Origin: Callorhinchus milii | Taxonomy: Eukaryota | Assembly: GCF_018977255.1 (NCBI RefSeq) | Contig: NW_024704749.1 | Coordinates: forward strand, 9,734,001-9,798,000 | Direction: 5' to 3' | DNA length: 64,000 bases | In this document: positions 37,801 through 49,675 of the stretch, one piece after another | How positions within the stretch are numbered: position 1 is the stretch's first letter | Layout of the letters: every line of letters starts with the position of its first letter | Notes under the pieces: generated by a model | Database searches by the model: none | What the model was told of the DNA's origin: nothing | What the model saw: the letters and a program-made list of their open reading frames with translations, nothing else | Program-made: the position numbers and the translations under genes

Positions 37801-40800
37801 GCTTACAAATATGAAATGGTTGTTAAATTAGTCTTGGATCAATACCCACCATATTCCACTGACCTTAGGGCCAAATAAAAGATTCTAAGATTACTATGCC
37901 ACTCAATAAATGTAACATATAACATTATAGGATATACTCTGCTGCATCTGCCCCTTTCCTATAGTTTACCTGAATGCAATAGTAGTAAACTTCCAGATGC
38001 AACATTTTTTTTAATGTTACAGATATTAATGTTTTACATGAAGTGGGTTAGTTTCATAAGGTCATGTAGTTCTTTGTTTCTTCTTTCAGTGGATAATCTT
38101 CATGTTTTGGATCTCGATAGTTAGTCTTGTCAGACTATTAATTATAATCCTTCAATCCTTCAATAATCAAAGCACTTTATACGATTTTACTGAGAACTAG
38201 AATGACTACATTTGTAGGCGAACGCAGCAATTTGTTGTGCATAGCAACGTCCCACAAACAGCCAAGACCAATGAATAACCAATTTTAATTGGGGCTTGTT
38301 GACTAGAACATTGGGAGAAACTTCCTTCTCTATTCAACTGTGGATGGTGTGAGCAGTTCTGTAAATCCTGTGAAGCATTTTGAGACATCCTCCCAATAAA
38401 AAGCATTTTCAATATTGTTTTATTTACCTGAAAACAATAGTGGTAAACTTGTAGCTGTAAAAAAGAAAATTTAACGTTAAAGACCATCATTTGTTTCCTG
38501 AAGCAAGTTAGTTCCACAAGGACTAACAGTTCTGTTATTTCACTCAGTTTAACTGTGGATTGTGCTAAAGCTCTGTTTGACCCCATCCTCACCAAATAGA
38601 CAAGTAGACTGGGTTAATTGCCATGTTTTTATTTATATCATCTAACTCAGCAAAGACTGAATCTTAGCAAAGACTGAACCAAGATTGAATCTAGGACCTT
38701 TCGTTGATTGGCTCCAAACAGTGCATTCATTCACCCAGTAACTCCACAATATAGTTTAATATGTTCTATCTTCATTCTCGCTTTCAACCGCCTTAGGGTC
38801 CCTCTGGATTTTAACCTGACAACCTTCTTTCTGCTAAAGTATCAAAAGATTCTGGGGGGCATTATGTAATCATTTACTCCCTTTCCTGTTCTCTCTATTT
38901 AATCTACATTGTTGCAGACGTTGGAGTAGTTGTTTATAGAGAAGGATACATAAAGTAGAAACATGTTCTCTTCACAAACAATGGATTCCTCACCTCGTTG
39001 CGGTTCAAATTCATCTAGCATAAAAAAAGGAAAAAAAATTAGGTATAGCTGTGCAAAAGGCGTTTTATTTGGTTTAAATTATATTTCCAGCACAACCTTA
39101 CATTAGGGAGATCTCTTTCACAGTATGTCATTAACAAAGCCCACTTAAAATTTAGGGTGCAACATTGTAAAAGGTATTTCTTGCTTTATAGTATTGTGTG
39201 AGATCTTTCCGAATAAAAGTATGGTAAGTTTTATAACGTTCATAAATTTAATTACAAATAATCAGAGCAGCAAAGTTCCTCCTGCCTTACGTAAATGGAG
39301 TAAAACAATAAAAATAGATATTTTTCAGGTAAAATAAAAAACATTGGATTTCTGTTCAGTACACACATGTTGAAAAAGGGTATAAACTCTCTCTTCGGAG
39401 TAATACTTTAAGAACCACATAAACCTCAACACATTTCTGGCTTGACCTGGCGTTATAATACAATGCATATAGTAATTTTTCTACCATTTCTCTATGCATT
39501 TTTGTAAATACACAGTTCAAGTTGAACGCAAGCCAAAGGGAATGGTTACACTTCTCATTGTTTATGGATTGAGAGAACAAACTAAAAAAAATGAAACATA
39601 CCTTCAGAAGAATGGTAAGGTTGATGAGGTATTGGCTGTATATTAGATGACATACTTCTAATTTCCTGTAAAGCTTCCACATCTGAAATTTTTAAAATAC
39701 TGTAGTAAGCAAATGTGCAGTATAAGCTAGAACTAAAAGATTCTATTTTCTGAAAGTGTAGAAATGTAAGCAGATATAGTTCCAGAATCACCATAGGTCT
39801 CAAATGGAAAAATCGAATAAAAAAACAATATATAGCATATATTACCAGAAAAGGTTCTATGCACATTGCTATCTGCAAAAAAANTCAGAAATAATTTTTA
39901 GAAATGTTATTTTTTAAATAGCGTGAACAATTGCATATCAAAAGGATTCTGCTCTGCAATATACAGGCTGCAAAAGTGCTAACTAAGTTTTTTGCCTCAA
40001 TTTTTACTAAGGAGGAGACAGGTAATTTATTTGATTATATTGGAAGGGGAACTCGAGAGTGTTGCAGAGATAAGTTGTAACATCATTCGCATCACTACCA
40101 GCATAGTTGCCCAAAAGCTGTACATAGGTAAATAAGTCTCAGGGACCAGATAAATTGCATCCCAGGATCCTTAAGGATCTAATGGAAGAAGTTGCAGGAA
40201 CTCTGGCACAAATCTTCCAGAAATCACTGAATACCGGAGAGGTGCCTGGAGACTGGAGAAAGGCAGATGTTACTCCTATTCTTTTTTAAAAACAAAAGGC
40301 AGCAAGAATGACCCCAAAAACTACAATCCAGTGCGTTTGACCATTGTGATGAAGCTATGCAGACCCTTATTGATGATACGATCATGAAGCATCTGGACAG
40401 AAACAAAATCATAAAAGATAGCCAATATGGGTTCATGAGGGGGAGATCTTGCCAATCTAATTCACTGTTTTTTTTTGACAGTGAGCTTGATAAGGTTAAG
40501 ACAGTGGATGTTGTATATTTAGATTTCAGTGAACTCAATATTCAGAACTTGAATGTACAATCTGATAAAGACACAAGAGTTCTGAGCGGCATGCACAATG
40601 ACAACGGCACATGAAATCTGATTGGGTGTCTTATATTGTCCATTGCAATTGGATTTCATAGATGGAAATCTTATACATCATAATCTCTAAATTACCAGAT
40701 TTTATTTTTGCAAATTAGTGAAATAACTGTTCAAAATAATTTCTGCTTATTTGTAGCAAGCAAAAGTAGTAATTACCTGAAACGGAAGAACGAATTCCTG

Positions 40801-43800
40801 CAAAATATGAATAAATTATAAATATTAGCATTCTCAATCTAATTTATGTCTCAGACATGGACAATATATTGATCAGAGTATTTGAGATGTTATTTTTCCC
40901 CTTGCTTGTGTATCTTGTAATTATCAACTGGTGTACCACATACTGTTGACAATTTTCTGCAATAATAAAATGTTGCTAAAAGGTCAGAGCTTGGGAATGT
41001 GCTTGTCAGTTTGTTTTTGACAAAAAACAAATGAAACAAAAAAGGAAATAAAATTGTCAAGCTAACACTACCTGAGGGGCTTGAGGGGATAGCACGGAGA
41101 AAGGGCAGTAGGCTGAGGAAGCATTCAAAGAATAAGGAAGACTGCTTGGTCAGGCGATCAGAACATGGGTCAGCAGACGTAGCATGCTGCTGCCTAAAAG
41201 CTTTTAAAGCAGTGTGGCCTCTTTAGCTATTTTTCATGTTGGCATTTAACCAACAGTATTAGGAGTATGTGGAATCAGGAAGAATGAGACATACATACAA
41301 CAAACATCCACCCAGCCCTAACCCGTAAGATGGTTTTGTCTTCAAATTTAAGATGACACAAAAATGCGGAAGATGCTTGAATTCAGTTTTAATTTGGAGG
41401 CCGGTTCTCTTTAAAGATTGTGGAAAACCATCTTCCAGATTAAGAATGTATTTCAGTTTTTCACAATTCTGGACCATCCTAAATTTTAAGTATGACAGAA
41501 TAAGATTATTTAGTACAGCATATCCGGCCAATAGTATTTGAAATATACCTGATTTTGAGTGTAAAAAATCATCCGTTACATTGTTACGCTCCATGCTCCT
41601 AGCTGCTTCCACTTCTGAAATATTTAACAAGTACAATACTGATAAATTTAAGAATATAAAGATGACAACACTGTACTAACATTCAATCCATAAAGTATGT
41701 CAAATTCAAGTAATTTAGAATCCTCTCCAAAATCTGCAATTGTACCCACATGGTAACACTTCCAATTAAATTACTAAAATGCTGTGCAAAAATATACCTG
41801 CTCCAGTTGTCCCATCACTTAAGACTCACAATCTGGAGAACAGAAAATCAAATCCTAGGTGGCAGCCATCCACCATTGCGCTCAATATGACCCTGTAAAG
41901 CAGTTAGCAATAGAAGGGATATAAACACTAAATCTGGAGGATCTCAAACATACACACCGGGCTTTGGCATTGTCTTTTCATCCTCATCATCCTCAACGAT
42001 GGCATCTACAGTACAAAGGCAAAAACAAAATCTCCAAGATTAGGTGCCTTATAGGATCATCATCATTATGCCCTTGACATATTTCAGGAATAAAATCAGA
42101 TTGACAAATACAAAAAACTAGCCTGATTTGACAACTTACTGAAATTAGGTAGGGTACACATTCAATGAAGCTAAGTCTGCCTGAAGAACTGCCAATGTTG
42201 TACATTGGATAAACACTGAGGCCGAATGTGCAATCTTCACACATATTTTCATTGCTAGCGAGTTCTATATTAATCAACTCTATTTTTAATCATGAAATGA
42301 ATGCATCTTTTTCTCCACAGGTTACATTCAACAATCAAGGTGAAATAAAGTGCAAGCCAAAGCCCTAATGGGTACGGTGATCCTAGCTGGACAAGTATCG
42401 AGAAGCTTGCTAGACAATGTTCTCAAGGCAAGCAATGCCGTTTTTACTGCTGGTTAAATTCCAGTAGTATCCCATTGCACACTCTGGGCGCCCATTATGG
42501 TTTACATATTTAACCTATACGTACCTTTGGTACAAACTGAGTCGCTGCTTTCTGATGATGAAAGTTCCACTTCATCATTATCCACTTCATCATTATCTTT
42601 CCAATATAAATGAACATCATCAAAATAAGATTAATTAGTTCAACTTTCCAAACCCATTCACGTTGTTCTGCAACTTTTCTAACTGAAAACATAGGAAGGT
42701 TTGTTTTCTTTTAGGTTAATAAAATAAGTTTGGGATAAGAAGCACTTCAAGGCATACCTACTAAAGCAGCCGCAGCAGAAACTTTACCATCTTCTGGGAA
42801 AACAAAAAACAATATTCATTTAAGCTATTGATCAGTAATTGTCATCGCCCCCCCCAGGGTCTATGTAATAATAATCCTTGCATTTGATATAGTGCCTTAT
42901 CATGTCTTCGAGACGTCTAAAACTGCTTCATAGATATTCTGTAAAGTGAAGTGACTGTATATTTTATGGACGAAATACAGCAGCCAATTGCCATGAAGAT
43001 TTGTATGAGTAAGGTTGTTATTTTTTCAATACTCACTGGATCTTAACAAGATATTCCATAAAGCATCATTCTTTTTTCTCTTTGTCAGTTTTAACTCAAA
43101 TAAATCATTTTCTTTTTTAATAAATACTTCATAAAATGGCTGTTTTAAATCCATATCAATGTAATGGAATTTCATTTCCTGTAATAAATATAAAATTATT
43201 ATTTTTCTTAAAATGCAACAGTATAATGAACTAAAAATAAACACAATTTCCACAAATACAAACAGAAGTACTTCTCCATTTCCTACTTGATTTACTATCA
43301 AAACTTCTCTCTTTCGCTGCAATATATAAATTCTTCCAATATGGCAAGTAAGCGTGGTTTGAATAATCAATGTTCATTTGCTTTGTGTATTCAGAAAACA
43401 TAGGTCCCTCCAGTAACAGTCTGTTCCTTTATAAATGTTGCTTTATAACTGTTGACTTAAATTTGTATTTTTTATATAATGTGTCTCATTCAATGGTTTA
43501 ACATACAGGTGACATATTAAATAAGATTTCAGTTAGATGAAAAGTACAACAGGAGTGAATTTATCATCTAATTATGACTATAAAATAAGATGAATTTGTC
43601 CCATTTTTTGTTCCAAAGCTTTAATATTAATTAATAATAGATTCGTTCTTAATAATATGGCATTAACACTTTCTGAAGTTAACTGAATTTTAGCAGTACA
43701 TACATATTTCTGCTTACTTCTGGTATGATCTGAATATCTGAAGAGCTAATTAGAGAATACTTTCTACCAAAGTAGAGGGACCTTGTGGGTGAGGGACGTT

Positions 43801-46800
43801 TAATCATAACCGATTCGGATTCCTGCAAATGAACTGCCTGCAAAATAGTGGAGAAGCACAACTTTGTTTTGCAATGCACTCTCATATCATAAGGTAGTCA
43901 CAGAATAAAAATTGAATTAAAACAAAATTACCTGCATTATTGAAAGGTCATTTGGTATAACATAGACATGAAGAATTACAGCAGCTGGGTTTGCAGTTTG
44001 ATAAATCATTGTCAGACTATAAAATGAAAACCACGAGTTTCTGTCAACAATAACTCCCATAAGCGAAAAAGTTGGCATTTGTAATTCAGCATGAGCTTGA
44101 TGAATTTCTGATGGCTTCAGTACACTATAGGAGCTTTCTTTAACATGGAAGATGGCAAAGGTATAATCTATTTTTCTATCTGTGCCTGCAGAAGAAAAAA
44201 AACATGTTTATGCATAGTTGTAGTTTTCTATAAACGAAACACGTCATAGGAGAGAACCCTGAAAATTTCAACCACAGGAAAAAAAATTAATTGATGTTTC
44301 CCTGGAGGATTGTTCGTTATGTATCAACCTTCGGAACAAAAAAGGCCATACAAGCATTTTAAAGTCATTATCTGAAATATTGTCTCTGTGATTTTATCCT
44401 CTCAAAATGTCAGCAAATGTTGGCACCCAATTCTCTGTGGATGGAAATGTGAAATGTTTTCCTTTGGGTGGGAACAATGTGTGTAAACATACTTAGTTTA
44501 TTATTTATTATTATTATTAATGTATCAGGCTATTTTTCAACAAGGAACAGTGACAGTTTTTCTGTAATATCAAACAATACAATTGAACTATGTATACACT
44601 ATCAACTTAATGGGAACTACTTCCCTAAAAAACATTGTAATACCAATTGGAACAATAATTTAAACACAGTATAATGCATGTGTACAGTCAAGCGCAGAAA
44701 TAAAGAAAATATTTAAAGATACCTTTTAAACAAATAAAATGAGGAAGATGAATAGCTGTAATAACACTGTCTTCTGCCAAAATATTAAACAATGGACCTG
44801 AAAATTCTGCTTTCTGTATCACAATAATAGGAGCATATTCACGCCACGAGCAATATCTGTAATCAATAGTTGTTGATTTTGTGATTTCCCATCTTAGTCC
44901 AGTTACAGCACATTCATAATTGCCTTCATCTGGGAGGGAAATCCTGCACAGAAATGTGAATATGAGAATGTAATATAGAACAAAAAGACATAAAATGATT
45001 GGGTTTCTAATCATACTTTACCTAAAAAATAACTCATGATCAGAGACATCAGGCTCTATCACTGTCCAGTTTGTTTTTTCCTACAGAGGAACAAAGAAAG
45101 GGAATATATCAGATTTTGGAGTAAATCAGATTGTTCCTTAGTATCCTATTTTTACTACATGAAACACATTTCTAGCCAATTACATTTAAATCAAAACTGT
45201 TACCTCTTCATTCTCATACATGTTAGAAATAGTCATCTTTTGGTGACTAAACTCACAAAGTATCCTCATCATTCCTGTGCGAAAAGATAAATAGGAACAG
45301 GTTTATTTTTTCTCTCTACTTTTTCATAAGAATTATTTATTACAATTTGTAGAATTTTGCAGCTACAGTATTTGGATTCACCAAGACTCATCAGAATCGA
45401 GTACAGTGGGAGTTACTGCAGTAAGTGCACTACAGTTACATTAATAGCATAACTGGATTATATGACACATTACGCAATTTGGTCAACTCCCAAGTAGTCC
45501 AATGTTACAACAGTTTCCCTACTATGTCAGCATGACAGATTTAGTAATCCAAGTGGTGTAATTAACAAAGCTGTGAGTTTGTTTAGAAACATGATGACAT
45601 ACATCCATTTGTCCACATTAACCAGATATAGACACATCATCTACTGTAATTCCAGTATCATATCTATTTGAACTCATATAATTCACTCATTGTGTATTTG
45701 TTCAATATACATTTAGAAATAGCTAATCTGGCTATAAAGGAAAAGGATGCCAGTTCCTGTAAGAGACTTTTCCAGGTGAAATTATATAACATTCTTCTTT
45801 CTGCGCTTTACAATAATACTTTCAACTATAATAATAATCCTTGCATTTGATATAGCGCCATATCACATTTTCGAGACGTCTCAAAGTGCTTCACAGAATA
45901 TACTGTAAAGTGAATTGACTGCGTTTTTAATTTACGTTATATGGGAACACTCCTTCCAAGGCAAGGTTTCCCGATAAATTATCAAAAAAGATTGTTTAAA
46001 TAAACAGATATTTAAAAAAACATAGAAACTTGAGAAAAAGGTTGTTACTTCTAATTTATATATTTTTAAAAAAAGTGGCATTAGCTATTTAAAACAATGA
46101 AGGCAGATAACGTACTTCTGTGCCTCTCAGTAGTTTCTGAAGTCACAGGTTGAAATTTAGCAGGCGGGCTCCAATCTAAAATATATTTAAAAAGATATAT
46201 TTTAATATTATCACAATTAAATATCAGAAAATAACAATAAGAATGTAGTATTAAAATTCTACAAATAGTGTTACCTGCTGATGTACCTTTGGGGAATTCG
46301 CCTGCAACTGAAACAAAAAAGATTGTGAAAATCTGTTCACAATTAACTAGTGTTAAAATACACAAATATTTGAAATTTTGACACGTTAAAAATACCTGTG
46401 ATTTTAGCTTAAGACTATCGAGTCCACTCAAAGTCTTCCAAAAGAAAAGCCAAGAAAAGCAGCAAATCTGAAGATTGGGAGAGTTTTAGAAACCAGCAAA
46501 AAAAAACTAAAAAACTCATTAAGAGCGAGAAAAAGGAGTATGGGGGTAAGCTATCGAGGAACATTAAGTCTGATTGTAAAAGTTTTTACAAATATATTAA
46601 GAGGAATAGTCGAGTGAGGGTAAATGTAGGTCCACTTCAGTCAGAGACGGGAGAAGTTGTAATGGGGGATAAGGATATGGCAGTGTCCCTAAATGGGTAC
46701 TTTGCATCTGTCGTCACCCTAGAAGACAAAACAAGTCTGCCAACAATAGAGATGCACCAAGTGGATAAGGACAGGGAGCAACTTAGGGAAATTTTCACTC

Positions 46801-49574
46801 ATGGAGAATTGGTGCTCGGGAAACTGTTAACACTAAAAAGTGACAAATCCCCTGGTCCGGATGGCTTGCATCCCAGGGTTTTAAAAGAGGAGCTTATGAG
46901 ATAGTGGAGGCCTTATGTCTGATCTTCCAAAATTCCTTGGATTCTGGAACAGTCCCCATGGATTGGAAGATCGCAAATGTCACACCACTATTTAAAAAAG
47001 GTGGAAAAGGAAAGATAGGGAACTATAGGCCAGTTAGTCTCACATTAGTGATAGGAAAAATTCTAGAATCGTTGATTAAGGATGTGGTAGTGCGGTATTT
47101 AGGACACAATATAATTAGGCCAAGTCAACATGGCTTTACAAAAGGGAAGTCATTTTTGACAAATCTCATAGTTTTTTGAGGATATTTTGAGTAAACTTGA
47201 TAAGGGTGAATCAGTGGATGTAGTCTATTTGGACTTCCAGAAGGCATTCAATAAGGTGCCGCATAAAAGGTTAGTCCAAAAGATAAGGGCCCATGGAATT
47301 GGGGGGAAGCATATTAACGTGTATTGGGGAATAGTTAATGGGTAGGAAACAAAGAGTAGGGATAAACGGGTCCTTTTCAGATTGGAGGGATGTGACTAGT
47401 GGAGTACCACAAGGCCTCAGCTATTTACCATCTACATCAACGATCTAGATGAGGACATCGAAGTTAAGATATCTAAATTCGCGGATGACACAAAACTAGG
47501 AGGAAGTGTCAACACAGAGGATGACATTAAAAAAATGCAGCGAGACATAGATAGGTTAGGTGATTGGGCAGGTAGGTGGCAGATGAAGTATAATGTAGGG
47601 AAGTGCGAAGTCATCCACCTGGGTAGCAAAAACAGTAGATCGGGTTATTTTTTAGAAGGGGAGAGATTGGAATGTGTTAGCGTCCAGAGGGACTTGGGTG
47701 TCCTTGTACACCAATCACAGAAAGTTAGTCTGCAGGTGCAGCAGCAATTAGGAAGGCGAACGGTATGTTAGCATTCATTATGAAAGGATTAGAGTATAAG
47801 AGTAGGGAAGTCTTGCTGCAACTGTATAGGGCCCTGGTGAGACCACACCTGGAATACTGTGTGCAGTTTTGGTCTCCTTATTTAAGGAAGGATGTACTTG
47901 CCTTGGAGGGGGTGCAGCATAGATTTACTGGGTTAGTACCAGGGATGAAGGGGATGAGTTACGAGGATAGGCTGACCAATTTGGGCCTTTCTTCTCTAGA
48001 ATATAGAATTAGAGGGGATCATCAAAGAGCATAATCATCAAAGGGTATGGCTTACTCCTGCTCCTACATGTCATGTTATGTTATGAAATTTCAACTGCTG
48101 CTTAACTATGGCAATCATTGAAGTGTTTAACTGAAATGACACCATTTCCATTTCCGTTAAAGAACAAACACAAAATTCTGTGCAATCTGCAAACCTCATA
48201 CCCGGAAATCGAATTACTGAGGTGATTCGCTTTCCCAGACAGCAATATCACATCCCGTGAACCTCAGAAACGTGTCGGCACGTCTAATGCGCGTCGAGTA
48301 TGCATTTACTTTAAAAGCTGCCACAGAATCTAGTGCTACTTGTGCGACTGTAAGGTCCAATCCCATTAAGGGTGTAAAATATTAAAAGGCAAATTACTGG
48401 TATAGTCAATGACTCCAGATCCATCTGCACCTGCAAAGAGAGAAAAAAAAAGAGGAGCCTTTTATTTATTTATTTTTTTTAAAAAAAAAACAACATTTCG
48501 ATCCACGGCGCTTGTCCGAATAATAAGAACCACCGCCGCCGCCGCCACAAGACGCCTCTTGCCTCTCGATGTGGCGCTTTCCGCGCCGTCGAGACGTCTC
48601 GAAGGCGCTCCGCGGGCGGATCGTGCAACCAAATTATTGTGGGTTTTTTTTTCGGTCTTGAGGGACTATATGTGCAATAATAATAATAATGTGTGGTGGG
48701 GGTGGTGGTGGGTTGGGGGGTGGGGGGAGGAGGAGGAGGGGGGGGAGGAGGAGGAGGAGGGGGAGGAGGGGTGGGGGGGGGGGAGGAGGAGGAGGGGTGG
48801 GGAGGAGGGGGGGTGGGGGGAGGAGGAGGAGGGGGAGGAGGGGTGGGGGGAGGAGGAGGGAGGAGGGAGGAGGGGTGGGGGAGGAGGGGAGGGGGGGGGG
48901 AGGGAGGAGGAGGGGTGGGGGAGGGGGGAGGGTGGGGGAGGAGGGGGGTGGGGGGGAGGAGGGGTGGGGAGGGGGGGGTGGGGGGAGGAGGGGTGGGGAG
49001 GGGGGGGAGGGGGGTGGGGGAGGAGGGGGGGGGGGTGGGGGGGGAGGAGGAGGAGGGGTGGGGAGGGGGGGGTGGGGGGAGGAGGAGGAGGGGTGGGGAA
49101 GGGGGGGGGGGTGGGGGGAGGAGGAGGAGGGGTGGGGGGGGGGGGTGGGGGGAGGAGGAGGAGGGGTGGGGGGGGAGGAGGAGGAGGGAGGGGTGGGGGA
49201 GGAGGAGGAGGGGGGGGGGTGGGGGGAGGAGGAGGAGGGGGAGGGGGGGCTAGTTCTAGCCATCGAGAAGAGTCAATGGCGCTGCACGTACTCCTCTCCT
49301 GGTAAGTCACGATGGATTCCAACGCGAGACCACACTCCCCCACCGTCAGGTCGTCCTCCAGCGGCTGCTGGGCCGCCAGGAGCCTGAGCCGCTCGGGGCT
49401 GACGGGCTCGGGGTTGCTCGGGTCCGCGTTCAGCAACGCCGTCAGGTTCCGCTTCACGTCCTCGATGGTGTCGCCCAACTTCACCCCCACACGGAATTGC
49501 CTCCCGTCGACCCGCAGGACGTTTAAGTCGAAGGTCGCCTCGGCCCCGGCGTCGGCCATTTGCTGTGAGGCCAT
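24754..49574 (-). CDS. UBL - FIIND - micro-exon linker - FIIND - CARD - putative TM tail protein, about 1345 aa (gene B; NLRP1/CARD8-related)
   Basis: Exons 5'->3': 49574-49292 (UBL), 48430-48398, 46307-46275, 46175-46116, 45274-45204. FIIND#1: 45080-45022, 44943-44723, 44185-43932, 43837-43718, 43178-43037. Then 22 phase-1/1 micro-exons from 42793 to 29563, and 29057-28978. FIIND#2: 28890-28829, 28600-28380, 27256-27000, 26185-26060, 25727-25586. CARD plus tail: 25202-24754. The total is 4038 nt with no internal stop. The domain calls are firm. Whether this is one transcript, and the exact linker exon set, are less certain. Confidence 0.7.
29563..42793 (-). CDS. Array of symmetric phase-1 micro-exons (21-93 nt) forming the linker of gene B
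   Basis: 42793-42758, 42596-42525, 41614-41549, 40797-40777, 39872-39846, 39682-39602, 39014-38994, 38454-38428, 37367-37287, 36937-36854, 36587-36522, 36370-36284, 35930-35880, 35334-35263, 34940-34872, 34244-34191, 33790-33698, 33556-33473, 32159-32073, 30438-30355, 30197-30111 and 29637-29563. Each has AG/GT ends, a length divisible by 3 and an open frame. Confidence 0.65.
39975..40530 (+). mobile_element. CR1 LINE internal RT-region fragment, degraded
   Basis: KSQGPDKLHPRILK..., GEVPGDWRKADVTPI, SQYGFMRGRSCQSN, VDVVYLDFS. Confidence 0.85.
43037..45080 (-). CDS. FIIND#1 (ZU5-UPA) module of gene B
   Basis: GNYECAVTGLRW...GPLFNI...IHLPHFIC; IFHVKE...HAELQMPTF|SLMGVI...LHVYVIPND; LWNILLRS. 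Exon sizes 59/221/254/120/142. Confidence 0.92.
46435..48085 (+). mobile_element. 5'-truncated CR1 LINE (ORF2 reverse transcriptase, frameshifted), antisense in an intron of gene B
   Basis: KSPGPDGLHPRVLKE, WKIANVTPLFKKG, NYRPVSLT, QHGFTKGKS, YLDFQKAF, KFADDTKLG, LVRPHLEYCVQFWSP. It ends in ...CTCCTGCTCCTA...(TATGT)n. Confidence 0.95.
48692..49249. repeat. G-rich low-complexity tract (GGA/GGGGTGGGGG units) in intron 1 of gene B
   Basis: About 550 bp made almost entirely of G and A with periodic T. Confidence 0.95.
49292..49574 (-). CDS. Ubiquitin-like domain exon (first coding exon of gene B)
   Basis: MASQQMADAGAEATFDLNVLRVDGRQFRVGVKLGDTIEDVKRNL...PERLRLLAAQQPLEDDLTVGECGLALESIVTYQER follows the ubiquitin pattern (DTIExVK, QRLxxxGxxLEDxxTLxxYxI). 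There is no C-terminal diglycine. The phase-1 donor A|GTACGT is at 49291, and the exon lies in a CpG island. Confidence 0.85.
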
Positions 49575-49675
49575 CTCTCTCTCTCTCTCTCCCTCCCTCT
49601 CCCTCACTGGGGGGTGTGTGTGTGTGTACGAAGCTCCTCTCCCGCCCTCCCGCCCCCCGCGTGTCGGTTCAAATC

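Noticed and set aside
41798-41832. Exon-like segment with AG/GT ends inside the linker array
   Set aside because: It is 35 nt long with stops in all frames from the evident acceptor, so it was left out of the model.
48409-49387. Poly-Gly/Glu and poly-Pro ORFs (formin- or extensin-like)
   Set aside because: They are products of the G-rich tract. A phase-matched donor at 49291 places the tract in an intron.
14345-49574. Calling either FIIND gene NLRP1
   Set aside because: No NACHT (Walker A), LRR or PYD exon was found in the window. The cleavage-site context is CARD8-like, but orthology is unproven, so no symbol is given.
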